DNA of 45,220 bases, filler included, from Okamejei kenojei (Eukaryota): the NCBI GenBank assembly GCA_035221665.1. It is 2 parts of 2 records of this genome, joined end to end, with 100 filler letters (N's around TTAATTAATTAA, not from the genome) between each part and the next. Parts side by side here need not be neighbours in the genome. Positions count along the whole stretch, not along the records: positions 20,951 to 45,220 come from JAVHYY010000181.1; 1 more part is not named here. The stretch is one strand, 5' to 3'. The notes beneath the pieces were generated by a model that searched no databases, had not been told where the DNA came from, and worked only from the letters and a program-made list of their open reading frames with translations. How positions within the stretch are numbered: the stretch's first letter is position 1; every line of letters starts with the position of its first letter. Position numbers and translations under genes: made by a program. Below are positions 23,246-33,239 of this stretch, piece by piece.

Positions 23246-23291
23246 CTGTAACAAGGGCCATTAGAAGCGGAAATGCAGACAGGAAGCGCAT
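23246..23291 (-). CDS. Leader exon of the intact TCR V gene
   Basis: MRFLSAFPLLMALVT+G, 46 nt, donor ACAG|GTGAG; an 862-nt phase-1 intron leads to the V exon. Confidence 0.9.
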
Positions 23292-23580
23292 GGTGTCCCG
23301 TCTAACGTCAGCTGCCAAACCTGAATAGATTTCTTCAGACGTTAACGCTGGATAACCAAGGTGAGAAAATGAATTCAAATCACCGGGAAACCCTTCAATT
23401 TACGTGGATGGGAGGGGGCCTGTTCTTCTTCTTGATTGGATGCTTTACCGGAAACATAGCGGCGTCATCTCTCTGGTTCCCGAACCGACTTTCCCCTGTA
23501 ACGATATCCGTCTGAAATATAACATTCCCGAGCGAGGCATTGTTGTTAAATAAAGTTGCAGCTTCCGTTCACATTCTTGT
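23292..23580 (-). promoter_or_regulatory. V-gene 5' flank/promoter (copy 1)
   Basis: Conserved with 21297-21600; CRE-like TGACG motifs, CAGCTG and CCAATC (23434-23439). Confidence 0.6.
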
Positions 23581-23599
23581 AACATTCTTTCTGTCGCGC

Positions 23600-24508
23600 T
23601 CCCCCTTTCTCTATCCGTGTCAAATTCTTCTCTCTCTCTCTCTCCCTCTCCTCTCTTAATGCTGTCTCTTCTCATTTTTTGTCACTTCGTCTCTCTTTCT
23701 GTCACCATCTCTGTCATCCCTGTCTCTTCATCTCTCTCTCTCTCTCTCTCTCTCTCTGTCCCTTTCTTTCTCTGGTTCCCTGTCTTATACACCCCCGCCC
23801 CCTTGTCTATCTCTCCTCCTCTCGTTCTCTCTCTATCTCGCTCTCCCTCCCTCGCTCCTCTCTCCCTCTCCCCGCTCTCCCTCTCTCTCCTCTCCATCAC
23901 ACACACTCTCTCTCTCTCTGTCTATCTCACCCCCTCTCTGTCTCNNNNNNNNNNNNNNNNNNNNNNNNNNNNNNNNNNNNNNNNNNNNNNNNNNNNNNNN
24001 NNNNNNNNNNNNNNNNNNNNNNNNNNNNNNNNNNNNNNNNNNNNNNNNNNNNNNNNNNNNNNNNNNNNNNNNNNNNNNNNNNNNNNNNNNTGTCTCCCTC
24101 TTTATCTCCCCGTCTTTGTGTCTTTGTCTCTCCCTCGTTCTGTCTCTTTTTCTCTCCCCACCCCCTCGCTGCCTGTCTTATTCGTCATATCGCTGTCAGA
24201 ATTCCTGCCTACCCTTCTCCCTGCCCTCTGCTGTCCATTCTTCCTCTCTGCCCCGCTCTGTCTCTCTCTTCACTCTCTCTCTCTCTCTCCAACTGTCTCT
24301 CTCTCTCCATCTCTCACTCTCACTCTCTCTTTTTCTCATACTCTTTCTCTCGTCTCTCTTCCCCTCTCTTTCATTCTCTTCCTCCCTCTTTCTCTTTCAT
24401 CTGTCCTCTAATTCTCTCTCTCTATCTCTATTTCTCTCCTTCTCTCTCACTTCCCCAAGGAGCTCCCACAGAACCGCTGTACCGCAGTGTGTGTGTTGTG
24501 TTGGGGGG

Positions 24509-24549
<41 letters not shown>

Positions 24550-24590
24550 GGGTTGTGTGTGTGAGGTTGCCGGTGATAGGGGCGCTATAA

Positions 24591-24623
<33 letters not shown>

Positions 24624-25713
24624 GAGACTGCGATTGTGTGTGTTTGTGTGTGGGGAGAGGATTTTGCCGGGATTACGCTAGAACTGCGATTCTTCTGCGC
24701 CTGTGGCCTGCAATCCCGCCCTTGTCCATTGAGGTGGCGGCGCTTCCCCTTCACTGGGGTCGGTGCCGATATCTTTTATTACACAAGTTTCAAACACAGA
24801 TGTCGGAAAGCGAAATTAGAGATGCCGGGAAATACTCAGCAGGTCGGTCAGCATCTTTGGAGAGAGAATCGCTTCCTGTCTTTCATCTGTACTTAGCCTT
24901 ACTCTCCCTCGCCCAGTTTAATCCATATTTACTCACTTACTCTCTCTCACTCTACCCTAACCGTTACCTCCTCCTCTTGCCGTCTGTCTCGCTCCTCTCT
25001 CTCCGTCACTCATTTACAATCTCACCCTCTCTTCCACCCCCCCCCCCCCCCCCCCCCGCGTAGGGTGAGAGTTCACAGAACAAGAAAGCGACAAGTAGTG
25101 AGAGGGGAAGTTAGAGAATTAATCGCCTTACTCTCCCCCTCGCTCAGTTTCATCCTCATTTATTCTCTCTCACTCCCTCTCTCTCGCTCTCCGTCACTCA
25201 TTTACACCCTCACCGTCTTTACGACGCTCCCCCGCTCAACACGTGTTCTTTATCCCGATATTTGGGAATCCTATCTCTCCCTCCCATTCCCACAATGCTC
25301 TCTGCACTTTGTCCAAACACGGTTCATCCCCATTCATCTCTNNNNNNNNNNNNNNNNNNNNNNNNNNNNNNNNNNNNNNNNNNNNNNNNNNNNNNNNNNN
25401 NNNNNNNNNNNNNNNNNNNNNNNNNNNNNNNNNNNNNNNNNNNNNNNNNNNNNNNNNNNNNNNNNNNNNNNNNNNNNNNNNNNNNNNNNNNNNNNNNNNN
25501 NNNNNNNNNNNNNNNNNNNNNNNNNNNNNNNNNNNNNNNNNNNNNNNNNNNNNNNNNNNNNNNNNNNNNNNNNNNNNNNNNNNNNNNNNNNNNNNNNNNN
25601 NNNNNNNNNNNNNNNNNNNNNNNNNNNNNNNNNNNNNNNNNNNNNNNNNNNNNNNNNNNNNCTCTCATCTCTCTCTCTGACTCTCTGTCTCCATCTCTCT
25701 ATATAATCTCCAC

Positions 25714-25746
<33 letters not shown>

Positions 25747-25750
25747 CCTC
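23600..25750. repeat. Low-complexity (CT)n polypyrimidine and (GT)n tracts with two N gaps (23945-24090, 25342-25661)
   Basis: Directly visible; explains the long S/L-rich ORFs. Confidence 0.85.
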
Positions 25751-25784
25751 TCGCTGAGCGCTCCCGTGGCCAACACACGGAGCG

Positions 25785-26004
25785 AGTATTTGCGCGGACC
25801 CGCCGCCTCCCCGCAGCGCCGTGGGCTGCTCGGCGCAAAGATACGCGGCGGCGGAATCCGCCACTGGCCGGAGATGGTCCGGTGGAAACCCGTGACTCTC
25901 TCTGCCCACGGAGCCGGACATTCGTGGTCACGTTGCACGTCTCCCGAGCTGCACAATCTTCGGCAAATAGCGCGGGGATTTTCCAGGATATTGAAGGAAC
26001 CAAA
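25785..26004 (-). pseudogene. 5'-truncated, frameshifted TCR V pseudogene with degenerate 23-RSS
   Basis: Minus-strand pieces in shifting frames: FWFLQYPGKSPRYL / SGDVQRDHECP / DSAAAYLCAEQP. Then CACGGCG-23nt-GCAAATACT (25823-25785). The flank downstream of the RSS is homologous to that of the intact V. Confidence 0.8.
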
Positions 26005-26462
26005 AGTCAAGTCAAGTCAACTTGATTTGTCACTCACACATACGAGATGCGCCGTGAAGTGAAAGCGGCAACGCCTGCGGACTGTGCAAAAACAACAGAA
26101 CCAAAAAAAATAGAACAGAACCAGTATTTACAGTTTCAGAAGAATAAGAAGACACAACACAAGAGTAAACTAGTCCCTGGTGAGATTGGCGTTTGCAATC
26201 CTGATGGCCTGCGGGAAGAAAGTCAGTCTCATCCTCTCTGTGCTCACAGTGTGACAGGGGAGGCGCTTGCCTGCCCGCACCAGCTGCAACAGTCCGTTGC
26301 TGGGCTGGTGGGGGTCCCCATAATGTTGCTGGCTCTGGATCTGGATCTGGGTCCTGGTCCAGCAGGGGGGCGAGTGTTCAAGTTCAAGTTGACGTGAGTT
26401 TATTGTGATGTGTCCCTGATAGGACAATGACATTCTTTGTCGTTCCCACAGTGCGGTCTAGT
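26005..26462 (-). mobile_element. Rex1/Babar LINE 3' part (truncates the V pseudogene)
   Basis: Minus ORF GDPHQPSNGLLQLVRAGKRL..TERMRLTFFPQAIRIAN; (gtcaa)n tail at 26006-26020. Confidence 0.75.
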
Positions 26463-26467
26463 TGTAA

Positions 26468-29400
26468 TTTTACTTCGGAGTCACGTGAGTGATTCCGTGA
26501 AGAAGGCCCGCCGGGCCGCATTGGCGCAAGCACCAGTCTGGCAGGACAGAGTTCCTGCCGGTGGTAATTTAAACCTAAAACGTTAATTCGGTTTTTTTAC
26601 TTACCAGAGTTTTTCAGGCAGGAGCCTCTTTTTACAGAGGTTTTCCTGCCACGTTCGCAGCCCGACGAGTTGCCGGTTATGGACTGTGGGGAAACCCCAT
26701 TCCGACCGCACAAGGTGGATAACCTGCAAAGTTGATCGGGTTGCGAGATAAGGAGCCGCTAACAGTGCAGTCAGCGGCTCCCAACCTGTAAAAACAGCAA
26801 GAAATGTAAGCAGAGTCGCTGACAGGGGGATCAGCGGCTCCCAGCCTGCGGGGATGCCGTTGGAACGGCAAGGAAGCAACGCTGCAGCCACTGACAGTGG
26901 GGTCAGTGGCTCACAGACGTTGATCCCCAGGTAAGGAATTACTGGGACTCATTCAGCCCTATTTGGACTCAGGTGAGTCGGGCTATAAAGGTTTCTCCTT
27001 ATAATAAAAGTATCGTATTTTATAGTGTTTTTTTAAAGTTAAAAATAAAGGCAAAGTTAAAATCATAAAAAGTTAATTTAGTTTAAGCACAAGTTGCTAT
27101 GAATTATTTTACCCTTACACAGGTAAAGCTATACACTAAAAATGTAGATTTAGTGAGCTCACACTGCAATAGGATTAGAGTGTAAGCTATGGGACAGGCC
27201 GCGGCAGCAGCGGCTGACAGAGCTGCTTCATGCGTGAAGTGCGGCCCACGGGAGAGCCGTCCAGCAGCACCTGATAGGACCAGGGTTGTTTTCATGTCAA
27301 AAAACGCCGGCCCTTTTCAAAAGGCGGGCGCCAGCAACGCCTGGGACAGGTTGCTCAAGTTCACAAATATCTGCTCCGCCAACGGAGTCGGGTGACGGTA
27401 AATTCTCACAGGGGTGGATAGGGGGCACTAAGGCCCACGGAGTCGGGGGATGATAATTGCCTCACCGGGGCTGGATAGTGCATTGTAAACGGGACTCATC
27501 CTAATACAGCAATGTTGTTTACAGTGCCTACAGATGGTCTCCCTCTCAGAGGCAGAGACCAAGACGGGTCAGTATCCTGCTGACAACAGGGTCTCAGGTA
27601 TGGCGTGGGGGAACCCATAGGGATGAAGGGGCACGTGTCAGAGGTACCTTTCCTGACATCAAAGTTGCCATCCCAATAAAATATTCTAATTGGGTTAAGG
27701 CCAAAGGGATTATATCAGCATTGTAACCTATGGGCTGCGGCAGTGCCTGTTAGGGCTTGGCGTGCCTATGAATCACCACTCTCTGCCTCTGAGGGAGGGA
27801 GAGCAAAAGGTCAAGATATAACTGACTCGGACTCTAAAGATGTCAATAGAACAGCACTCGAGCACATATGTGCCGCCAGTGAACAACGCCAACAGGGGGA
27901 TGTGAGAGCAGCGCTTGAATCGGGTTATTCAGGTAGGTCTATTCTACAGGGGAAGAAAGCTGGCGACAATTCAATAGGCCATCAGTGGCAAAAAGTCATC
28001 GTTCAAGAACCACCCCAGGTGCTCATCGGCAGTAGCGGTTCACTGGAGCTGGGCAGCACGATAGCTCAGAATTCCATGCACCTTCTAATCATATTCAACT
28101 AATGGGTCTAGCACTTCCAACATTTGGGTAGCGCACCGTTCACAGTTGTAATATTTTACATTGTTTGTACAACACACAAAGGGTAAAAATATTGGTTAAG
28201 GCACAGACGCAGCATTCCAAGTAAATTTGGATCATGGGTCAGGGTTGGAAATTGGGCAAACTTCTCATGCAAACCACCAATGGAATAAGGCAGAAGAGGC
28301 ATGTTATTATGAAGAATTGAGAGTATCGGGCATATGATCTTTCTGAATATAAAAACCTATTCCTGATCTACAAACAGATTCATATGGTATGAGAGAAATG
28401 GTATACAAATCCCATACAAAAGGTTATCTAAGACAATATAAACTGTACTATAACAGTAAAGCTCTGCGGTATGGGACAAATGTTTATTAGTCATTGGAAT
28501 TTAACTTTAATTATTTTTAAATTGTCTCGCCTTGGGGCAAAGACTATTGGAGTTATTGCAATCTGTTACAAAATTGAGTTATTTTCTTATGAGTAATTGT
28601 GGCAGTATAGCAACTGTGTTGCAGCTGAGCAAATCAAGGAAATGATATTGGTAAGTACAATTAATTCGTTTGCTAACCCTTGATGCTATTGTCAGCTGAG
28701 GCTACTCAGCCACAATGATGAAGTAACAGTATCAGCATTAGCTGAACATGACAATAACTCATTGAAACTTAACTTGAAAACTCGCTACAGTTGTGTGGTC
28801 GGTTTGAATTGAGTTATTAGAACTGATGTTTGGTACTTTAAGATGAGAAGTTCCCAAATACCATCCACCTACTCAAAAGGTAGTGGAGATTGAATGATGT
28901 ACCAATTTCAGTTGTTGGTATCAACTAAATATATAACTAAATGCACCCTTGAGTAGGGGTTTTTAAGCGAATCTAATAATCTACATGCTCAAATTTAATA
29001 TTCCTATCTTCAATGGGACATATGGTTAGTCACATTGGTATCAAGGGAAAATTCGTAATTAATCTCTTGCCACTGGTCGTATCAACAGTTTAGATCGATG
29101 ATGACACAGAATAAGTGTGGACTCAATGTTGATGAAAGCATGGATCAACAACTAGATCGAATATTCGTTCATGTTTATGCATGTTTTTCCCCCCCCCCCA
29201 ACTGATTGCAAATAATTGTGGCACAACAGTGTGGAGAATTACTTTCTTGTTTCAATAGGGAGGAATTTATTTTTTGTCTTCTCATTTTGTGCCTCCTCAT
29301 TAGCAAGGTTTAAAACTGTCAGCAAGTCGCGCTTGGTTCGTACTGTCGGCTGGCCATAGCGTCTTGTTGCCGGCTTCATCAGGCATTATAGCACAATGGT

Positions 29401-30942
29401 GTACAGTTATGCCAAAAAACAAGAACTTGCTGTTCAAATGCGGTTCAGGAGACCGGCCTTTGCACAGTTAAAAACAAATTATGTGTTTTAACTTACAATT
29501 TTGATTGGATTGACTTATGCCTCAGGGTTTGTCACATCCCTTTTCCATGAGGGTGCTCACTGCAGTGTGCAGGGATAGCACCCAAAAAAGCTAGTACATT
29601 ATTTGATGGGATCAGAAGCGTTTGTTAAATGTTCAGTTACATTAATACAGTACTTATTATTGACATTTCAAGTTCATTTTAAATGGTATTGATAATAATT
29701 CTGTTTATAGAGACACTAGCGGCAACATAAGGGAAACTATGATGTTGGGTCAAACCGGATATTCAAGTTGTTAAAAAATCTTGGCACAAGTTGTCCCATT
29801 ACAGATGATGCAGTTGGTTAATTGAAACTAGTGTGAACATTAACTTCACCAAGGAGGTTCCAGCTACATTCCTTAGTTATGGGACACGTATATCAGCACA
29901 AAACGACGGCAAACATTGCAAAACGATGTGGTGGATAAGTGGAATTGGCTGCAGGGAGGTGCCATTGCATTGTACATACTGGTCTACACAAGCAGAGGTA
30001 GGCTAGGGGTGACATGATTAAATAATCATTCCGAACACCCCACGGGTCTCACTTCTATGTTATCAAGGCCCCTGATCCTTAGAAGTATGGAATAGCACTG
30101 TTTATTAGTCAACAAAACAACTACACAAAAGAAGGTCGGTTCAGACCTATTTCAAGGGTGGCTGCAACAGTAATTAACACTGACGATTGTATGTCTCATT
30201 CCACCAGGTCAGCATTAACGTCTGTTTATCAATTAGATAGTGTGGTGACAGCTCATTCCACTAGGGCAGCAGCTACGTCGCGGCCAAGGCCAGGGACGGT
30301 GCCCTTCAACCATGATTTTGGCGGCCCGCCGAGATGGGCAAATGGGCTGATGTTTCAGAGAATTTTTATCATCGGCCGATAGTCAATCCAGGGCTGTTGC
30401 CAATGCCAGTTTAATTACTACATTTACTTTGTTTGTTTACATGTTAAATAAAGTACCTCATTTTGGTATAACAATTGGTAATTAAACCCTATTTTACCTT
30501 GAATGCAATGTTAAAACTAATGCATTTATTTCTCTTTCGTGTCAATCAAATTGCAGTGGGATGCCGAGGATTTTGTAATCTTGCGGCGTGAAATCACAAA
30601 GGCTTTGAACTCTTTCACGTAATCGTCACGTGACATCGGTTAAACTTAGTTAAGATTAAATGAGAACTTACCAGTTGAGTTTGATCTTGAAGTTTAGGAG
30701 GAGTTACGTCGGTTATTACGTGCCCCCCACGCCCAACTTTCTCATTAAAGATTATCTGTGTAGTTCCCGAGTCACTGATCTTACTGTTTACTTCGAGTGG
30801 TGTTTATTGTGATTTCTACCGCTGCTTTGAAGTGTGCTGACACGCGGCCTGGCGGGCCTTCTTCAGTTAATCACAACGTATCTCTTATAAAATCAAGATC
30901 AAACTTTCAAACTGGTTAAGTTCTCTTTTAAATCTTACTATT
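26468..30942 (+). mobile_element. DIRS1-type tyrosine-recombinase retrotransposon (structurally complete, ORFs disrupted)
   Basis: Left ITR tgaagaaggcccgccgggccgc (26498-26519) is inverted at 30844-30865. The ICR at 30614-30688 is complementary to the left terminus (gtcacgtgagtgattccgtgaa) and to the right extension (aagatcaaact..aactggt.aagttctc..taaatct). YR motifs SHSTRSA/HSTRAAATS and ...FYHRPI* lie at 30195-30382. Confidence 0.88.
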
Positions 30943-30949
30943 CCAGTGT

Positions 30950-31335
30950 AGTTCCTAGTACTACTCTCTGCAGAGCCGTCCCGTCCTGGGCAGAGCAGTA
31001 CCACACCCCAAGATGTAGGGATGTTGCCGGATCAAGACTGCTTTACATCCCCAGAGTAGAAGCAACAGGGGAATCCTCAGAGAGACTCTGAATTTCTCAG
31101 CTGCCTGAGGTGGTTAATGGCGCTGCCTTGCCTTTGTAATCTCCCAGTGCGGGCAGCGTTGGTTTTTCGGATATCCGTTTCAGATCCTCTGTGATGTGGG
31201 AACTCCCAGGTATTTGAAGCTGCTCACCCTATCCACAGTTAGTCCATTTATACCAGCCCAGCGTGTCTGCTTGTTGGGCTCTTCAAAAGTCCAACAATCA
31301 GCTCCTTCGCTTTTTTGACATTTAAAGAGGAGGCT
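30950..31335 (-). mobile_element. Upstream part of the same Rex1/Babar LINE split by the DIRS
   Basis: Minus strand HLRQLR..FYSG..SGNI..CSAQD.TALQRVV continues into R-T-V-G-T near 26440-26458. Confidence 0.7.
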
Positions 31336-31348
31336 GAATCTGCTTTTG

Positions 31349-33190
31349 GCTAAGGGTTCAGTGATGTTAAGGGTTCAGTGAGTTAAGGGTTTCAGTGAGT
31401 TAAGGTTTCAGTGAGCTAAGGTGTTCAGTGAGGTTAAGGGTTTCAGTGAGCTAGGGTTCAGTGGTTAAGGTTTCAGTGTGAGCTAAGGGTTCAGTGAGTA
31501 GGGTCTGTGAGCTAAGGTTCAGAGTTAAGGTTTCAGTGATGTAAGGGTTCAGTGAGTTAAGGGTTTCTGTGAGCTAAGGTTTAGTGAGCTAAAGGGTTCA
31601 GTGAGTAAGGGTTAGTGAGTTAAGGGTTCAGTCAGGCTAGGGGTTCAGTCAGGAAATGGTTTCAGGTCGTTTAAGGATGCAGTGAGTTAAAAGGTTCTGT
31701 GGTTAAGGGGTTCAGTGAGTAAGGGTTTCCCGTGAGTTTAGGGTTACAGTGAGTTAAGGGTCAGTGAGCTAAGGTTTCAGTGAAGGCTAAGGGTTTCAGT
31801 GAGCTAAAGGGTTCAGTGAGTTAAGGTTCAGTGAGTTAAGGATTCTAGTGAGTTAAGGTTCTTTGAGTTTAAGGGTTCAGTGAGTTAAGGGTTCAGTGAG
31901 TTAAGGGGTTCGTGAGTAAGGGTTCGTGAGCTATGGGTTCTGTGAGCTAAGGGTTCAGTGAGTTAAGGGTTTCCAGTTGAGTTAAGGATTCAGTGAGTTA
32001 AGGGTTCAGTGATGCTAAGGGTTCAGTGAGCTAAGGGTTCAGTGAGCTAAGGGTTCAGTGAGTTAAGGGTTCAGGAGTTAAGGGTTCAGTGAGTTATGGG
32101 TTCGTGAGTTAAGCGTTCAGTGGTTTCAGGGTTCAGTGAGCAAAGGTTCAGTGCATGCTATGGGTTCAGTGAGCTAAGGGTTTCAGTGAGTTAAGGGTTC
32201 AGTGAGTTATTGGTTCATTGAGTTAAGGGTTCAGTGAAGTGTAAGGGTTTCAGTGAGCTAAGGGTTCAGTGAGTTTAGGGTTCATTGAGTAAGGGTACAG
32301 TAGTTAAGGGTTCGGTGTGGGTTAAGGGTTCGGTGGATGAGTTAAGGATTCGTGTGAGTTAAGGGTTCGGGCTGCTGAGAAGGGGTTCGGTGAGTTAGAG
32401 TTCGGTGAGTTAAGGGTTCGCCTGTTGAGTTAAGGGTTCAGTGAGTTAAGGGTTAGTGAAGTTAAGGGTTCGGGAGTTAAGGGTTCAGTGAGTTAAGGGT
32501 TCAGTGAGTTAGGGTTCAGTGAGTAAGGGTTCAGTGAGCTAAGAGTTCAGTGAAGTTATGGGTTCAGTGAGTTAAGGGTTCGGTGAGTTTAGGGTTCAGT
32601 GACTGTGTGAGGGTTCAGTCAGCAAAGGTACGTCAGGGAATGGTTCAAGGTTCGTTAAGGATTCAGTGAGTTCAAGGTTCAGTGGTAAGGGTTCAGTGAG
32701 TTAAAGGAGTTTCAGTAGTGGTTAAGGGTTTCAGTGAGTTAAGGGTGGCAGTGAGTTAAGGGTTCGGTGAGTTAAGGGTTTCAGTGACCTGTGGGTCAGG
32801 TCAGCTGAGGGTTCAGTCAGGAAATGGTTAGGTCGTTAGGATTCGTGAGTAAAGGTTAAGTGAGCAAAAGGGTTCAGTGAGCTAAGGTTCGTGAGTTAGG
32901 GTTCCGTGAGTGAAGGGCTCAGTGCGTAAGGTTCAGTGAGTTAAGGGTTCAGTTGAGAAAAGGTTCAGTGAGTTAAGGGTTCAGTGAGTTAAGGGCTCAG
33001 TGCGTTTAGGGTTTCATTGAAAGTTAAGGGTTCAGTGAGCTAAAGGTTCAGTGAGTTAAGGGTTCTGTGAGTTAAGGGCTCAGTGCGTAAGGGTTCAGTG
33101 ATGTTAAGGGTTCAGAGGAGTTCAAGGGTTAGTGAGTTAAGGGTCAGGGCGTGTAAGGGTTTGTGGAGCTAAGGGTTTCAGTGAGTTAAG
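31349..33190 (+). repeat. G-rich minisatellite, ~16-bp unit GAG(T/C)TAAGGGTTCAGT, roughly 110 copies
   Basis: Directly visible tandem array of about 1.84 kb with recurring variant blocks. Confidence 0.95.
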
Positions 33191-33239
33191 AGTACCGTGT
33201 GCTTTTGTAAAGGTTAGTTTAAAGGATTTAAGGATTTTT

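Noticed and set aside
24455-24500. Minus-strand YSGS..W resembling V FR1/CDR1
   Set aside because: Only about 11 nt of identity, embedded in microsatellite, with no Cys and no further V motifs.
287-26004. TCR V genes nested antisense inside the convertase intron
   Set aside because: The blocks are separated by an artificial linker and features on both sides are truncated at it.
23617-26062. Long ORFs of 200-315 aa
   Set aside because: They run through (CT)n/(GT)n low-complexity sequence and N gaps; there is no protein signal apart from the V pseudogene.
31349-33190. Telomeric array or CRISPR-like array
   Set aside because: The unit is 16 bp with TTAAGGG rather than (TTAGGG)n, there are no unique spacers, and the context is eukaryotic.
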